The position numbers and the translations under genes were made by a program. A model generated the notes under the pieces. That model did not search any database, was not told the DNA's origin, and saw nothing but the letters and a program-made list of their open reading frames with translations. A stretch of 64,000 bases of DNA from Lingula anatina (taxonomy: Eukaryota; Animalia; Brachiopoda), in NCBI GenBank assembly GCA_051362555.1, contig CM120646.1, positions 18,166,001 through 18,230,000 on the forward strand, written 5' to 3'. Positions 38,501 to 53,200 of the stretch are shown in pieces; positions within the stretch are counted from its first letter, which is position 1, and every line of letters starts with the position of its first letter.

Positions 38501-41500
38501 CCACCACCACCACCACCTCACAAACAGTACGCAAACAAAGACTTCATAAAATCAAAACTTCACTCCCTTTTGGTATGGAATTCTCAAAGGAGGCTTTGCT
38601 TTCTCTTTTGTCTTATAAAATAGATTTTCCAATTCTTGGTGAGCGTAAAACAACTGATATTGACGACTGAAGAACGACTAGCAATCTAGTTCCAATAGCG
38701 TATTTCAGTCGGACAGTTAGTCCATTATACATTATAGAATAATAAAGAGAAAGTTTATTGCGGATTCTGTACTGATTAAGAACGCTTATTAAAGCTAAGG
38801 TTATACTGACACTTACCAGAACCAACGTCGTATTCCACTTCGGCCACGGTTATCCTGCTTCTGGCGTTCCAGCCCACGTGATTCGTGCGAACATAATAGC
38901 ACACAGCAGTCTCCAGAGAAATCGTCCGTACTCCAGCTTCTATGCCATGACAGATACCGAAAACTTGGAGACAAAATGCAAATGTTTTACACCAATGAGG
39001 TATCAAAACTACGTATTTTCAAGGTACGATGCAATGGCTGATGTTCGAACTGAAGAAAATGAAGGACCCATAAAGAGATAAAGTGTTAGTATAGTATAAA
39101 CCAAGTGTTTAGTGTGTTAACCAAATTTTACCTTAACCAAGGAGTTGTTTCATACAGCTCCTTGCCTTAACTATGTGGTTATTCAGTCCTTATCTGGGTC
39201 ATATTTGTTGGGAATGCCATTAGTATGTCCAGAAGAAAATGGGCGGGAATTTTATGAAAAATCGTGTTGAGATCTTCATGTATTTTAATACATTAGGATT
39301 AAAGCAATTCAAATATTTATTGTCATTGTTTCTATTAACGTTTCTAATATATTAAAATAAGCAGCCTTCAGAAAAATAAAACACTTTGGATTTTTGTGCC
39401 ATGGCTATTTCCGAAAATGAATAACTGTTAGAATTTTAGAAAAAGACACTAAACATATCATTGCTAGAAAGTTACTGTGGTGAAGGCTTCAAATTATGCA
39501 TATGTACACATGTGAAACAAAGTCTGTAGTAAGCGCTTCCGCAGGCCTTTTAAATAAAATAAAAAAGACGAAAAATTCATCGAATTTGACATATGTATTT
39601 CAATTTTAATGCATTAGTCTTTTTACCATCAAGCCATTTGACCCTCGCACTTTCTTAAAAGGGTTGAGGCCGGTTGTCTTATCGCTTTATTATTAGACAT
39701 GGAGTGAGACATAGGACATACTTTCTAGACGAAATTGCTGACTCCTTAAGTAGGACAAGGAAGATTAATGGGAATAAAAAAAAATACTTACATTCGGCGT
39801 GTTTTGAATGGTTCCGGGCTTGGTAATGATATTCCGCGAACCTTATGCGTCCTGGATTGGAGCACTCTTGACCGTCAATGGTGAAGACCCAAAAGGTGCA
39901 CCCGTACTGAGTATTTACTGCTGAATCCAAGGTACCGCTCCATTTAAGGAAAAGTCCACTGTCCATCCCTTTCTTTTTATTATATGATACAGTCTAGAAT
40001 AAAAGCCAACGAGGCTGTATCAATACCATATCTGCGTAAAAGGCAAACTAAGCAAGCTTGATTTGTTGTTCGACGAAAACTATTCACTAAAAAAACGTTC
40101 GCCCATTATGTATATCAAATTATTTATCACCCATCTTAAGATTACAATCACGATCTTTAATAATGCTTGATGAAATTGATGTTGTGAACTAAATACGCAC
40201 AAAAGCCGTTCCGGTCGTAAGTTCTTTGGCGGATGTGGTACTCCATTCGTATATATTGGATAACGGAGTCTCGTCACAATCTGACTGATCACCTGAAAAT
40301 GACATAAAACGCTCTTGGATATACAAACATTTTTCACATTTTTTGAATTTGTTACTGCGTCCCATAATACCTTGCAAATTTGGGCGTATTGTTTAGAATG
40401 GGGACAAAATTTAGTGGATTCACCTACCTACACAGTAGACCTCCCTGGAGTCGCACGTGGTGCGACATCGGCCCGCCTCTGAACAAGGAGAGTTGGCACA
40501 CTTGCTGTAGGTTAACTCCACGAGTGCGTTTACCTGTAACAAACATAGGAAACATGGGATTGTGTTCAGATGCACGCACAGAGAGGCAATTCGATTCCAA
40601 GATTATCAACTTTTATGGTGTACTTGGTTGTTTATTTTCATGTTCAATTCTACCAGTACAAAGCGATTAATTTGAAATGCGGCTTATCCATGTAATTTGA
40701 ATGTATCACTAAGCAGCGATTGACACTTTATTATGATTAGGTGTTTCCTTTAAGAAGGACGTAATAGGAATTAAAAAAAACCCTCAATAGTTGTAATTTT
40801 GTGTAAATTTTCATAATGCTTGGTTGGCTGCAAATGGTATCAAATAAAATTTCAAGTTCTTGACAAATTTGAAGTGTATTTGTTTTTTAATTCAGTTTAA
40901 AGGCAATTAAGAAAGTTCATAACAGTTCATACATTTTGAAGTTCTCTTCACAATAGATATCTGGCAAGTCCAGAAATTTCAATGCATCATTTGTTTGTAC
41001 CAATGCTGAGGTATGGCTTCGGTAAGTCTGTTCATCTCAGAAAACACAGCTACTGTACATAAATGCATCTTTCATTTTTTTAAATTTTCACCATCCAATT
41101 ATTTAATTTTCTTATTAATCTGGACAACAATTGAGTGTCAATCACTCTTTCATCAGTTTTTCAATTTCTAAAATCACTCGGTATCCAGGTGTGGTGTGGA
41201 TCAGTCGTTCCCAGTGTACTGATTTTAGACACACTATGATTAGTTGTAAATATGTTTAAATTAACTTTTGCTTTGACAGGAAAAAATTAAATTGAAAAGA
41301 GACGGGACCCCTCAATCGATTTTATTGGCAATGTCTTAAAAACACAAAGACGCATGATAAACGTGATTTCTTTTGAAACAAATGTCCTTTTGAGTTATTA
41401 GAATATTTAATAAAATGATATGGGATGGATTAAAATAAATCTTATAAGTCCAAAAGGGTCAAAATCCTTGACAGTTTCACAGACATAAAACATTTATAGC

Positions 41501-41957
41501 CTTATAACCGAACCAGTCCGCTGATTGAGAGGACTAGATCATACAAGATACAAAAACGCAACGAAACGATGAAGATTGCATTATTTTTAGCTGCTTCACC
41601 CAAAACAACACTCACCGCCTGCGCCTGCAGGTTGGTCACCACCCCTCCACTCTCCACCACGCTGCTCGTCTCATACCCAGTCGTCTCCTGCGGAATATCA
41701 AGAATGTAACATCTCTTGGCGCGTTCATCAAAGTACGTGGACCGGCAATTTTTGTAAGATGGACAGTGCGCGAGACAGTTAAGGTTGGAAACGGCGGGAT
41801 ATTCTGCAAGATAAACCGGGACTTCATATTCAGGAGTCACTCTGATTGGTGTAGAACCACTCCCGGTACTAGGGCGGCACATGTCCAAAGCACTTGTTGT
41901 GAGGGCATGTGACAATGGTAAAACCATTAACAGGACGACAAAAATGACCGAAGTCAT
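32549..41957 (-). CDS. Secreted PAN/apple + EGF-like + 3x CTHRC1-type C-terminal domain protein, paralogue 2 (592 aa, 11 exons)
   Basis: Exons 41957-41616, 40533-40428, 40292-40201, 39993-39792, 38963-38817, 38227-38142, 36377-36185, 35899-35738, 33879-33779, 33626-33428 and 32697-32549. Exons 2-11 have the same lengths as in paralogue 1 (106, 92, 202, 147, 86, 193, 162, 101, 199, 149); frame open to TGA. Confidence 0.88.
34077..35330. mobile_element. Old degenerate relative of the HINE/satellite element in intron 8 of paralogue 2
   Basis: Decayed satellite units (caactatggacgcatctcttctagttttggagatataaggg; aaaagtaggccaaatgtcaaattcaaggtcaca) and a shared downstream motif GACAAGGGTGCATTGCAA (also at ~16774). 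Boundaries approximate. Confidence 0.7.
36773..37842. mobile_element. PIF/Harbinger-like MITE (~1.07 kb) in intron 6 of paralogue 2, with a nested foldback element
   Basis: TIRs AGCCTGGGTCACACTG.TCTTGCAACCTTTTGGCAACC / GGTTGCCAAAAGGTTGCAAG.GCAGTGTGACCCAGCCT with a TTA left flank. Internal long inverted repeat at ~37173-37462. Confidence 0.8.
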
Positions 41958-43584
41958 TTTACTGTCTACATGTATTCCCTCGTGATTCCAGCTTGCAGAT
42001 GAACACTGCTTTTTTTCTTTTTTTTATCCATTGATCATGGCATGTTTGCTAATTGCTGTAGTTCCTTTTAAAAACCGATTGTTTATTTTGCCTACTGCAG
42101 ATAGTCAAAAGCAAAATCCTGTATTTCCTGAAACATGACCTTTGCAGAACGACAGTGTACTTTTGGTTATGATTGACAGGTTAATATCGAACTACCTGTA
42201 TATTCTACGTTGATGGCAGTTTGTCCATAGTTATTGCAACAAAATTGCAAAACAAAATTGCATTTGATTGGCCAACCTTATTTCTTTATTGTAGGTGTTC
42301 CAAAAACATTTGCACAAATAAAGAGCCACATATATTTCGAACAAGCGAAATTATAAACCCTGCCCCTCGAGGGATATACTGTTACCACACCTTTTAGCAA
42401 CTTCTTTAACAGTTGGCCAAATGTGATTCTTTACAAAGTGCAACGCCGTCGATATATTTTATTCTTCAAAGACTTTGTTAACCGCAAATGTACACCCGAT
42501 TGTTTTACTTTTACAGAACCAGAGCCAGGCGATCACAAAAAACATTGACATTGTCTTTATTCATCATTTGTACCTCAGGCTCTCATTCCTGTTTCAATAT
42601 CAGTATTGTAGAATTGATATTTGTTTATCTCTTTATCACATACGGACTGTGTTCAAGTTTGGGATGGCAATCGAAGTCTTGGTGATCACTAACAGCATGG
42701 TAAACATTCTTCATGAAACTACTGACAATGAAGATACAGAAATTGACAAAGGCGTGATCCCGATTTCAGTCATGTAAATAAAGTTATATCCGCGTAATCT
42801 ATCAAGGAATCATAGTAATACACGTAATAAAAGAATTTGCTTCAAAACGTGTCGATAGTGTTAATTTTCAATTGAGCGCATCGTTGTAACTGTTCAAATA
42901 AAGATTGACTCCTGTGAGATCATGTTTATTCTTTATTCTACTTATCTTACCACAGAAGACGAGCAAATCCCAAGGGCTCCTTTTAATAATTATTTTTAGC
43001 CGAAACTCGCTCTCAACTCAGACTGTTATATTCTAGACATTTACTATCTAGGTCACATCCATATGGCATTGTCGACTTTCAGCCCTCCAGCATCTAGGCT
43101 GAGCACCCTACGTCGTTCAAGAAACAGGCCCCACGCTCTGAAACGAATTTTAATTTAAAACAACGATTTACTGTTCTACTCTATATACACCCTTAATGCT
43201 GACTAGAATTCCCAAACACAGTTATATATATATACGTAAATGTGGCGTAAAAAGGATTTTTTCATTCAGCATATAGTGTGGAGTTTGAAGTAGGGCAAAA
43301 AGGCCCGGTCATATGGTAGTGTTGGTTATTGTGTATGATAATAACCTAGTGCCCTCAACCAGCGCCAAAGATTGATTTTTCACTAGATATTCACAGAGAT
43401 GTTAAATGATGGGGCTTCTTTACACTGTGGCGAGTCACAGAAAAGTGCAATCTGCGACCCTGAAATCTGCGACCCTGATAGAGGGTAATATCCCAATAAA
43501 TTTCCCCAGGGAGGACACAACGAACTAGGATTGAAAAGATCCATAACCATATATTGCAAACAAGCAATGTGCGACTTTTATATT

Positions 43585-43586
<2 letters not shown>

Positions 43587-43628
<42 letters not shown>
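43587..43628. repeat. (TG)n microsatellite
   Basis: About 20 TG units. Confidence 0.95.
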
Positions 43629-43631
<3 letters not shown>

Positions 43632-45068
43632 GTGTGTGTTCTTGTTATGTCAACGTATTTATCCAAATTATGGGTTGCCAGATTATTTTATAATAATGAC
43701 AGTCATGTACTCATTTCTGGTATCTTCTAGGATCCGAGGTTGGAGCTTTGAGCGAGTGGGAGATGACTCTTCTGATGCGATTCTCTCTCTCCAGATATAG
43801 ACGTAATATAACAACTCGAGTTTACCGTAGTACAAACTGCGTTGTAGACAAGGGGAATCAAATTGAATGCTCTACGTGCATTTATTATGAACACGGTTGT
43901 AGATATTCTACATGAAACACATTAGATTTAACTTAAAATCATACATTGTCCCCACTTTTATTCCCGTTATGCTTCGTAGAATATCGTTCGTAGCATATAC
44001 GCGGCCAAGGAAATCTGTTGGTGATAGAGAAAACATGAAAATTCAGAGTTCACGACTTTATTCACCCACATGAATATAAAGCAATTACAAGAGCGCGCAT
44101 TGTCAACAGAGGTACATGTTAAGTTGGGCAGAAGTAGTTTTGAGTGTACAGTTGACCAAATCACAGGACATTAAGCTGCATACACTTTGAGCTTGAACAA
44201 TTTTATACCATCTTATTTGATGGTAAAATCCAATTATTTTGTCTTTTTTTTTTTTCATTTTATAATCTGGCTGTTTTGTCTCTTGTTTTAGTGTACAATC
44301 TAATTGTTATAATTACTATTAATAAATAGTATTAACATAATTCGTATTACTACAATACAAAACATTGGCATTATGGCCTATACTACCAAAAGGGTCCCAC
44401 ATGACGTAAAGAAACTGAAGACTTAATGTGTGGTCTCCATACTTCTTTTTTCAACCTCATGATCTTTTGTGATGTTTTGGGTCGGAGCGGTCGGAAATCA
44501 ACCATATCAGCTTTAATTGTTTATAATATAGGGTTCGTTAAACATTAATTAACCTTTAAAAATTGCAGTTAAGACACATGACAAATATACGTGCACAGCA
44601 GACAATAAGTTGGCTAAAATCTCAATATGCAAATTGCAGCAATACACCTAAAAATTCCCATTCAAGGGTGAGGCAAATAGAAAAAAAATGTTGATATGGG
44701 ACTTCCATAACCAGACAGTTACAAGAATGGATCTGTCCGGTAAATTATACATTGCGGATACCTTTTCACTTGTATGAGCACTTTCATGTGCGCGCTTTAT
44801 AAATCAAATTCTGGAGAAAAATACTAGAATGGCTACTTCTGAGGTTAACTCTCTGGTTCACCTGAACTAGCCAAATGTATTTTGTAGAAAAGTTCTGAAA
44901 CACCTGTCTTATCCGCATGGCAAAGATTAAGAATGAATACATACGCACTCTTTATTTTACTTATAAATGCGACTGAGTCCATTGGTGGTGTATAATTTGC
45001 TCCCTACATTCAGAACTTATAATAAAAAGAATAATGATAAAATAATAAGATAATAATGCGAATAGTAT

Positions 45069-47466
45069 TTAAACGCCTACAAACACTTCTTCGACAATTA
45101 CGTTGGTGGTGGATCTCCACCCAGTGTACATTCCATGACCTGAATAACCAGAACAGGGCGCGGTTCTTAGCTCCACACTTGTTGGGCCGCTGGGAATGTC
45201 GTGGCAGATTCCGTCCACTGAAACAAAGCCAAAACACTTCATTTAGCTTGAGAAAGATGAAAAAGGCTATCTGTTTTTATTTCATTGAATTGACATGTTT
45301 TGAAGATGTAAAATAAAGTTATACTTTGTTAACTAAAGTGTCTCTCTCAAATTGTGACGTTAATAAGAAAGACATCCTCCTTAACTATTCAATATAGCTA
45401 TAGCAATGATGGGATCTGGGGAAAGAAGTAGCACTTTTAATGACTGGCCTGAACTCGCCAGGGCATTATAGAGTCATGATCAGTCTATAATATGCATAAT
45501 AATTAGTATTATCACTGATCTCTATTGTTACATTCCTTACAGTGTAGATAGTTGACATTAAAAACACCATAAATTAGGAACAGAAACCAGTAAACTCAGA
45601 ACTAGTGAGCCCCCCCCCCCCCCCCCCCCCCCCCCCAATAATCTGATTTATCTTTATAAAGAAACGTGTTCCAGAAAAAGTCAGTCGCAATTTGGAAACC
45701 CACCAACAGAGGACATTTCTGCGGTTGGTGTTAGGTCTGTACATGGCAGCAAGGTTACCACTACAAAACATACTTACATACACACGGCTGTAGCCAGTTG
45801 GCCTCCGAAGGACCGCCCTCGTGCATCACCCGCTCAATACTGCCTGGGTTGCTACACGCGGTTCCGTTAAACGTCACGTACCAGCGTCCACAATTTGGGT
45901 TTCCAAGGATACGACAGTTGAAACTCCATATGACATTAATGCCACTGTCCGTATACACTTTGTTGTACACGAACGCCTAAAGAAAATATGGAAATATTTC
46001 AACTGAGTGCACATCGTCATTATATTCGAACGACAGGCAGAAATTCACGACACAATGACGTCACAATATGCCAATTCATAGAATAACCAAAACGACCCGT
46101 GTACATATAGCTCACCTTGATGAGTGCATTATTGTTCCCGTTGTCAAGGTTGAGCCACCACCCGTGCTGTCTGTTCACCACTGGGAGACGATATGCGTGA
46201 CCATTTGGGGTGAGAACTGGAAAGATTTAAGAATAGGATGAGAAGAAGTAAATCTGTGATTTCTTATTTTCACTGATACCAGGATATGCTACACTCCCTA
46301 ACCTGATATTGCTTTTTTCCGGTATCAGGACGATCCATCTGGCATCGAGATATCCTTTTGGTGAACTAACTGCCAGTTTTAATTGTTTCACCACTTCCCC
46401 CTGCCAATATTTTGTTTTCGTTTCATTTTCTGTCTTTTTTCTTCTATTACGTAAAATATTTAAGTAATATATAAATACCTCAAAACAGATAATTCAACTG
46501 CAGTGTATGTGTGTGTGTGTTGGGGGGGGGGGGGGGGGGCAATTGTCCGGGTGGGATTGTCCTAGAATCCTTTTCAACGTGATCATACTTTTCAGGCACG
46601 TTAGCTTCTGCACATGATTTTTACATCGATCGTTATCTTAGAGACAGCTGAGCAGCATGTTTTGAGAGGTTTAATAATCTGGCTCTTACTGTGAACAAGA
46701 GAGACACTTGAACTGATCCCTAGCACTCAACAAGACAATAAGAAGGAGAATTAAACTTCTGAAGGGAAGTGAAGTCCCTCAATTCCCACAACATAGTTGC
46801 TCCGACAAACCCTCTGAAAACACGCCGGCGCAGCTGTATCGCTTAAATATAACGTTCCATGTAAAGGGGACCTATGTTAATTCACATTAAATACTCACCA
46901 GCACTTATATCATTGCCAAGACGCGACTCCTCCATGATCAGCAAGTTCTCTTGATTCCAACCGGTATGGGGATTGCCTGCACTATAGCTATCGTAACAGG
47001 CTCCAACGTGAAGGGAAACCGTAACCGTCCCTGCCGCAAGTCCTTTACATAGTCCGTGTACTGAAGATAGAAATTATGGCTTCAGGCTACACAGACAAAG
47101 TATATATACTCCCCTAGCAAAAAAAAGTATCACCCCTTCCGCAATTATGAACATTGGTACAAGGGTGCCCATAATTTTAATTTCACTATTACATAACCTC
47201 TAGGCAACCTATCAACGTGTACATTGGGGATGTGGGTAGTACAATATAGACGTACTTCAACGCCAACAACTTTTTAATACGCGGCTCCCAAGTCAGAGGG
47301 ATACACTTTATCAAGCGGTTGTCATAGGAGGGAGTTTAATCCGTCCAATGGTTTGCATCACTGCATGTGATAAGTTATTCGACTAGAGTAAGCAATTAAA
47401 ATTGAACTTGTTTCTATATGAACTACTAGTATTTTACAAACATGTGTTCTCTTGCACACCTTTGCA

Positions 47467-47517
<51 letters not shown>

Positions 47518-48143
47518 GGAAAAAAGCCTACCTGCATATCCCCTGTGAACTGCGGTTTCCCCCTGCGTGTAGAAAACCATATCGACTGTGCCTGGATTTT
47601 GGCATTCTGCTCCATTAAACTTAAAGTACCATCGCGAACAAACCGGGCTTCCGGACACATACAAATTTCCAGAATAATGAACGACAAGTGCGGTATCACT
47701 GGCCCTCTTCCGGAATGTCTCGCTCTAGAAAATAGTTGCACAACTAATTACACCACTGCGTGTGTTGTTGTGGGCGAGGAAGTTGAACATTTGACTACAT
47801 TTAAATGATTTTTACTGAGAGCCTCAGTTTTGTCTGTGCGGTAAATTAAAGCAAAAGGATGCATATAAGTACATCCATAGTATCTTAGAACAAAATATTG
47901 TTGCTGTGCTAAGGTGTAAACACGGTTTCAGCCAACACTAACGTGAATAAAGTATTTTACTTACAATATGGACATTTTCACTTCTTGTGCTGGAGTAGCG
48001 GTCTTTGTTCAGATATTGAATGTTAAATGTGGAGAGCGAGGCGCATGCACCTGAAAAATAAATGGTACGTTTACGAAATGCACAGATTTCATCTTAAAAC
48101 GGTACATTTACGAGTTTTAAAGGGGCTTTTCTTAGCGTTATAT

Positions 48144-48198
<55 letters not shown>

Positions 48199-49466
48199 AT
48201 TTGATAACAATTAAGTCAATGAATTCGATTTGTTGTGAAGGGGCATCTTATTGTTGGCAGGTGCGCGACCTGGAAGCCCTTTTGGATTGAACAGGTGAAT
48301 GTTCTTCCTCTGCGTTATCAGAGTCTGTCGGTAACTCAACACTTTAAGTATTATCATGGTACTGGGGGTATTAACGAAACTGTGGAGATTAGGGAAAATT
48401 ATAGAGAAGTGAGACGCCGTCAGAGCCCCAGTACAAAGGAAGTTCTAAGCACTAATGGTGAATATTGATGAGGCATTAGAACATGGGCTTAAGGAACAGA
48501 GATACAGTCATCATCACATCGGCGTATAATTGCACTAGAGCGATTCTCCCAGTTTTCTACCAATACTGAAAATAAAGATTCTGTTCTTTTACCAGAGCCG
48601 ACGCCGTATTCTACTTCGGCCACGGTTATCCTGCTTCTAGCGTTCCATCCAACATGGTTACTTCGATCTGCGCTACATCTAACAGTTGACAGAGAAATTG
48701 ATCTCACTCCGGCTGCTATGTTATTACAGATACCGAAAACTAAGAGAAAAACACATATTAGAATATTAATGCCGTTGGAAATATGTTAGGAAAAAGAACA
48801 TACCTTTAGATTACTAATGACGTCCTGGTAATGAGGTGTCTATGAATAAATATACATCTACATTTACGGCACGATAAATAACTTTGTTTTAGAATTTCTA
48901 TCATGACATTTCAGACTTTTTCAAAATTGTAACAATAGAAATGCTAATTTGTCTTTCAGAAAAAAAAAAAAAGATGAGTAATGAAATAATACAAAATGAA
49001 ATCCAGAAGATATAGCAACAAGTATAGGCCTATATAGACACATGTCCTGTCCTGAAACGCCCACTTAAAAATTACATGTTCTATTTGACAGCAACCTTTC
49101 TCCATATATACTTTCTAACACATGCGCTTATACACAGTTCAGAAATAAAGAACTTACACTCCGTGTGTTTCAAGTGGTTTCTAGCTTGGGAGTGATACTC
49201 TGCGTACCGGATGCGCCCAGGATCAGCACATTCTGATCCGTCAATCATGAAGACCCAGTACGTGCATCCGCCCGCAACGTTATACGCTGATCTCATGGTC
49301 CCACTCCATTTGAGGTAAAGACCAGTTTCTGCTCCTTTCTTTTTGGTATATGATATGGTCTGCAATACACATCATCGACAAGGCTAAATATATCTTTTTG
49401 TATATGAAAAGGCTATAAGCAAAACGTCAACTTGCTATCAAGAAATGGTTTTTATAGCTTATCTTA

Positions 49467-49520
<54 letters not shown>

Positions 49521-50239
49521 TATATTCACACTACACACTGTACACTCTCCATATTATTTAATTATATCATATCCTCTCATGTAGCTCTTTGATATTTCAT
49601 GATAACCATTGCAAACCGCCAGCCAAGTGATATTTTCTCTATTAAATCTCTATAAAACAATCACTGTCAAACTATGAGTGAATACATAAAAGGCGAGCGT
49701 ACAAACGCAGTTCCAGTGCCGACGCTCTTGGAGGTCGTTGTGGTCCACTCGTATATGTTAGAAAATGGCGTCTCTTCACAGTCCGACAGGTCGCCTGGAA
49801 ATGAAAGAATATTATTCCTTAACGTTATGTTAAAAGAAATTTTGATTATTTTCGTAGCCACTTAATACTTTTATTAAAATATTTAATATAAAAGATTTAA
49901 AGATAAAAAAAACATATTAAAATATGTTACAGGCCAAATGGTTGTTCTAATACATATCACAATGATATTGTCCGTACCCGAGTCACAAACTTGATTGGTT
50001 GTACATGTATGACATTCCCCACAAAGATAAACCACGGGTCCATGTAGCACTGGCTACTTGTCTAGACAGACCACTGCCAATGTGCAATACTTTCTAAAGG
50101 GGAGTGGGGTGGGGGGGGGGGGGGCTGAGATATGACCTCTCAATCAAGTATCAATGATCTGCATGTAAGGCCAAAAGAGCATATTGTTTCTCATATGAAC
50201 ACGCGTCATTACAATACCTGTACACCACTCAATTTCCAT

Positions 50240-50271
<32 letters not shown>

Positions 50272-53200
50272 AGGAGGTGCTATAGGAGGTATATTTATAG
50301 AAACGCGACCTTTTCTATTAGCATATCTTTTGCTTTTTGTTCAGTATATGTATCAAAATGATTCATCGATGTACATGTCAAAGCACATATTTTGTTGCGT
50401 TTCCAATCATTCCCCCCCCCCCTTCTCCCCCACCTGCTTTACAAAATACTAGGTATCGGACAGAGGGTGTAGATATATTAGGCTCAATAGACAAAAAGTA
50501 TATATTAAAAATGTGTAACAAGTACGTGCCGTTGGAAATCACTGGAAAGCATGGTACGTGTAACGGCAGAATTCGCAAGCAAGTTCTCTCTTTTGGTTTA
50601 TTGTTTCGCATCGGTCGTTGGCTTTTGAAAAGTAAAAAATGTATTGTCTCTTACATGACACTGTCGCAAAAATACCTTTATCTAATTTTATACTTGCATG
50701 TTCATGTGAACAAAGCAAACTTTTTAATGGGCATGTTTGGTGGACTCCACCGTTCTGCGATCAGAGGGACTCGGGTCTCAAAAATAAGCTTCGCTTTTAG
50801 AATATAACAACAAGGCAAATGCATATATATATATATACAGACGCACATGAATCTTAGTTTTATTGAAGACAATTGACGCCGATCAAACGTGACAGTGCAG
50901 AAACGGACAAACACGGACAAAGCGGAAGTACTGCAGCAAGCCATTCACCTACCTACACACACTTACCTACACAGTAGACCTCCCTGGTGTCACACGTGGC
51001 CCGACATCGGCCAGCCTCTGAACAAGGAGAGTTGGCACACTCGCTGTAGGTTGACTCCACGAGTGCGTTAACCTGTAACGAAAACATATTTTGCAACTTA
51101 ACTTGCATATGTGGTGTGACGTAGACGAGGAGTGTATATTTATTTTCATGTACGATGTCTCCCATCCCTGGATCTGCCCTTGCACAGTGATTTTTTGGGT
51201 GGTCCATTCTAGACATGGCTATGGTACACCCCGACTGCGCTGTATGAAATTCCTAGTAACCTTCACTTCTTGTCATAAATGGAATCGTTTGTGTTGCCCT
51301 CATAATCTTTCCCAGGGAGGTGGTGTTTTTGGCTGTTTTTATCTCTTTGTTTGTCCGGTCGTCTGTCAGCAACGTTATGGAAAATTGGATTTAATATGAT
51401 GAAATTCCAAGATACTGTCGGGAGAGGGCTAAGTAAGAAACGATCAGCTTTTGATTGTGTTCCATTCATTCATTAATTAATAGCAATTAATTATTTATAT
51501 GTCTGTCTGACTTGCTAGCAACACTATGCAGGAAGTCCACCGTGTTCGGCAGCCAGGGATATTACATGTGGTCAGCAAATTCTGCTATTTGATGCAGTGT
51601 TATTGACAATACATGATACCTGTCACACAAGCCGAAGTTTTACAGAAATTGCCGAAGGCTAGAAAATACTTTTTATCAGTTATAAACTTATCATCAAATT
51701 CAAACTACGACCACTATCTTCCCACTACCATAAGGAATTGCTAACACCTTCCAGTTGTCAACAAATCGTTGTAGTATGGGAGAAAAACGTGAAAGACATC
51801 GGCTGATCTGCTGTTATAATATAGATGTAAGTGGACAATACTGAAACTCTTAGGCTCTACGACCAATGCAAAAAGGCTCTTAGTAACGTCTTAAACTTAC
51901 AACGTAAGCTAATCACACACTTCATTTATCAAGTGCAACAAGAAGATAAACACAAGTAGGTCTTGTATGGGACATCCTTAATTTTTACAGGCAGACGAAC
52001 GCTTAATTAATACAGAAGTTCTACAGGTAACTTAAACCAAAGAAGTATTGATCCCTTTCCTGTCGCATCAGATACGGTTTATCAGTTTCTAACTTTTAAG
52101 ACATTCGGAAATGGAGACTGATGTCGTGATAATAAAAAAAGATGCATTTTGAGAACTAATGTACAGACAGCAATTTTCTCTGGTTGAAATGTTAAAATTT
52201 CTATGAAAATTCAAAATATTACTTTATTAAGTGTTAACAACCACGTCATGTCTTCCATTATCACATTAATGTTTAGAACTATATAAAAAAAATAATAAAA
52301 AGCAATGAACATTTATTTTTTGAGACATTCGTCATCAATCGATGAGTCGCTGTTTTTATCGTTGCACTCATGGTTACTGTTGAAAGCCCCTTTCACGTTC
52401 TAAAAAGGAGTCAATATCAATTGATTGATATAATGAGTTTTTGTCGAAAAAATAGCTAGATAATATTGGTTTTCTTCATGTTTTCCTGTGTGTGCAAACC
52501 CACTGTGCAAGTACATGGTGGTCGAATTACATTAAGTCTGAACAAAATTCGATTTTTTTTCACTTAAATATAAAAAAAGTATAGTTATTTCTAAAAAGTT
52601 CATTACATATGTTTACCGGGTGGATGAATACTGCCAATACCGGTATGACGTGACAGGTAGTACTCCATAATAGACGGTCCGGTTCCAATTAAATTGAAGA
52701 GGTAAGACTCGCCCGAGATTTCGACCCACTTACATGTACGTCAGGCTAACTCTAACCTGTATAATTAAATGGAGGGTGGACTATTTGCTACACGAGACCG
52801 CAGTTTCGTCATACGGGGGTTCCGAAAAAGGAAAATAAAGAACACAATGTGAGCTGGAAAACGTATGCGTGTCACAATAAGATTTCTTTCACAATTAGTA
52901 CGATTTCTTTCACTGTTTCTTTCGATTTTTATATTCAGATGAGGAACTGCACAATACCTTTGTTACTTTTATAATGACATGTTTTATCCGGGACCAGTGA
53001 CACTATTTCTATAAACCGGTCTTTGAAGTTTGTAACTTTCGGGCTCCTTTGGAAATGGAGATGGAGGTGAAAATTAGAAATTCAGAGCTCGAAAAGGGTG
53101 TTATGTATCAATCTTATCCTATCCCATTGAATTTGGTTTAAATGGAAAATGGAATAAAGAAAAATATTTCAAGGTATTCGTTTCTTTTTTACATTTAGTT

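Noticed and set aside
52700-52760. Possible minus-strand hammerhead ribozyme (CTGACG...GAAA)
   Set aside because: The core is imperfect and no stem II pairing could be drawn.
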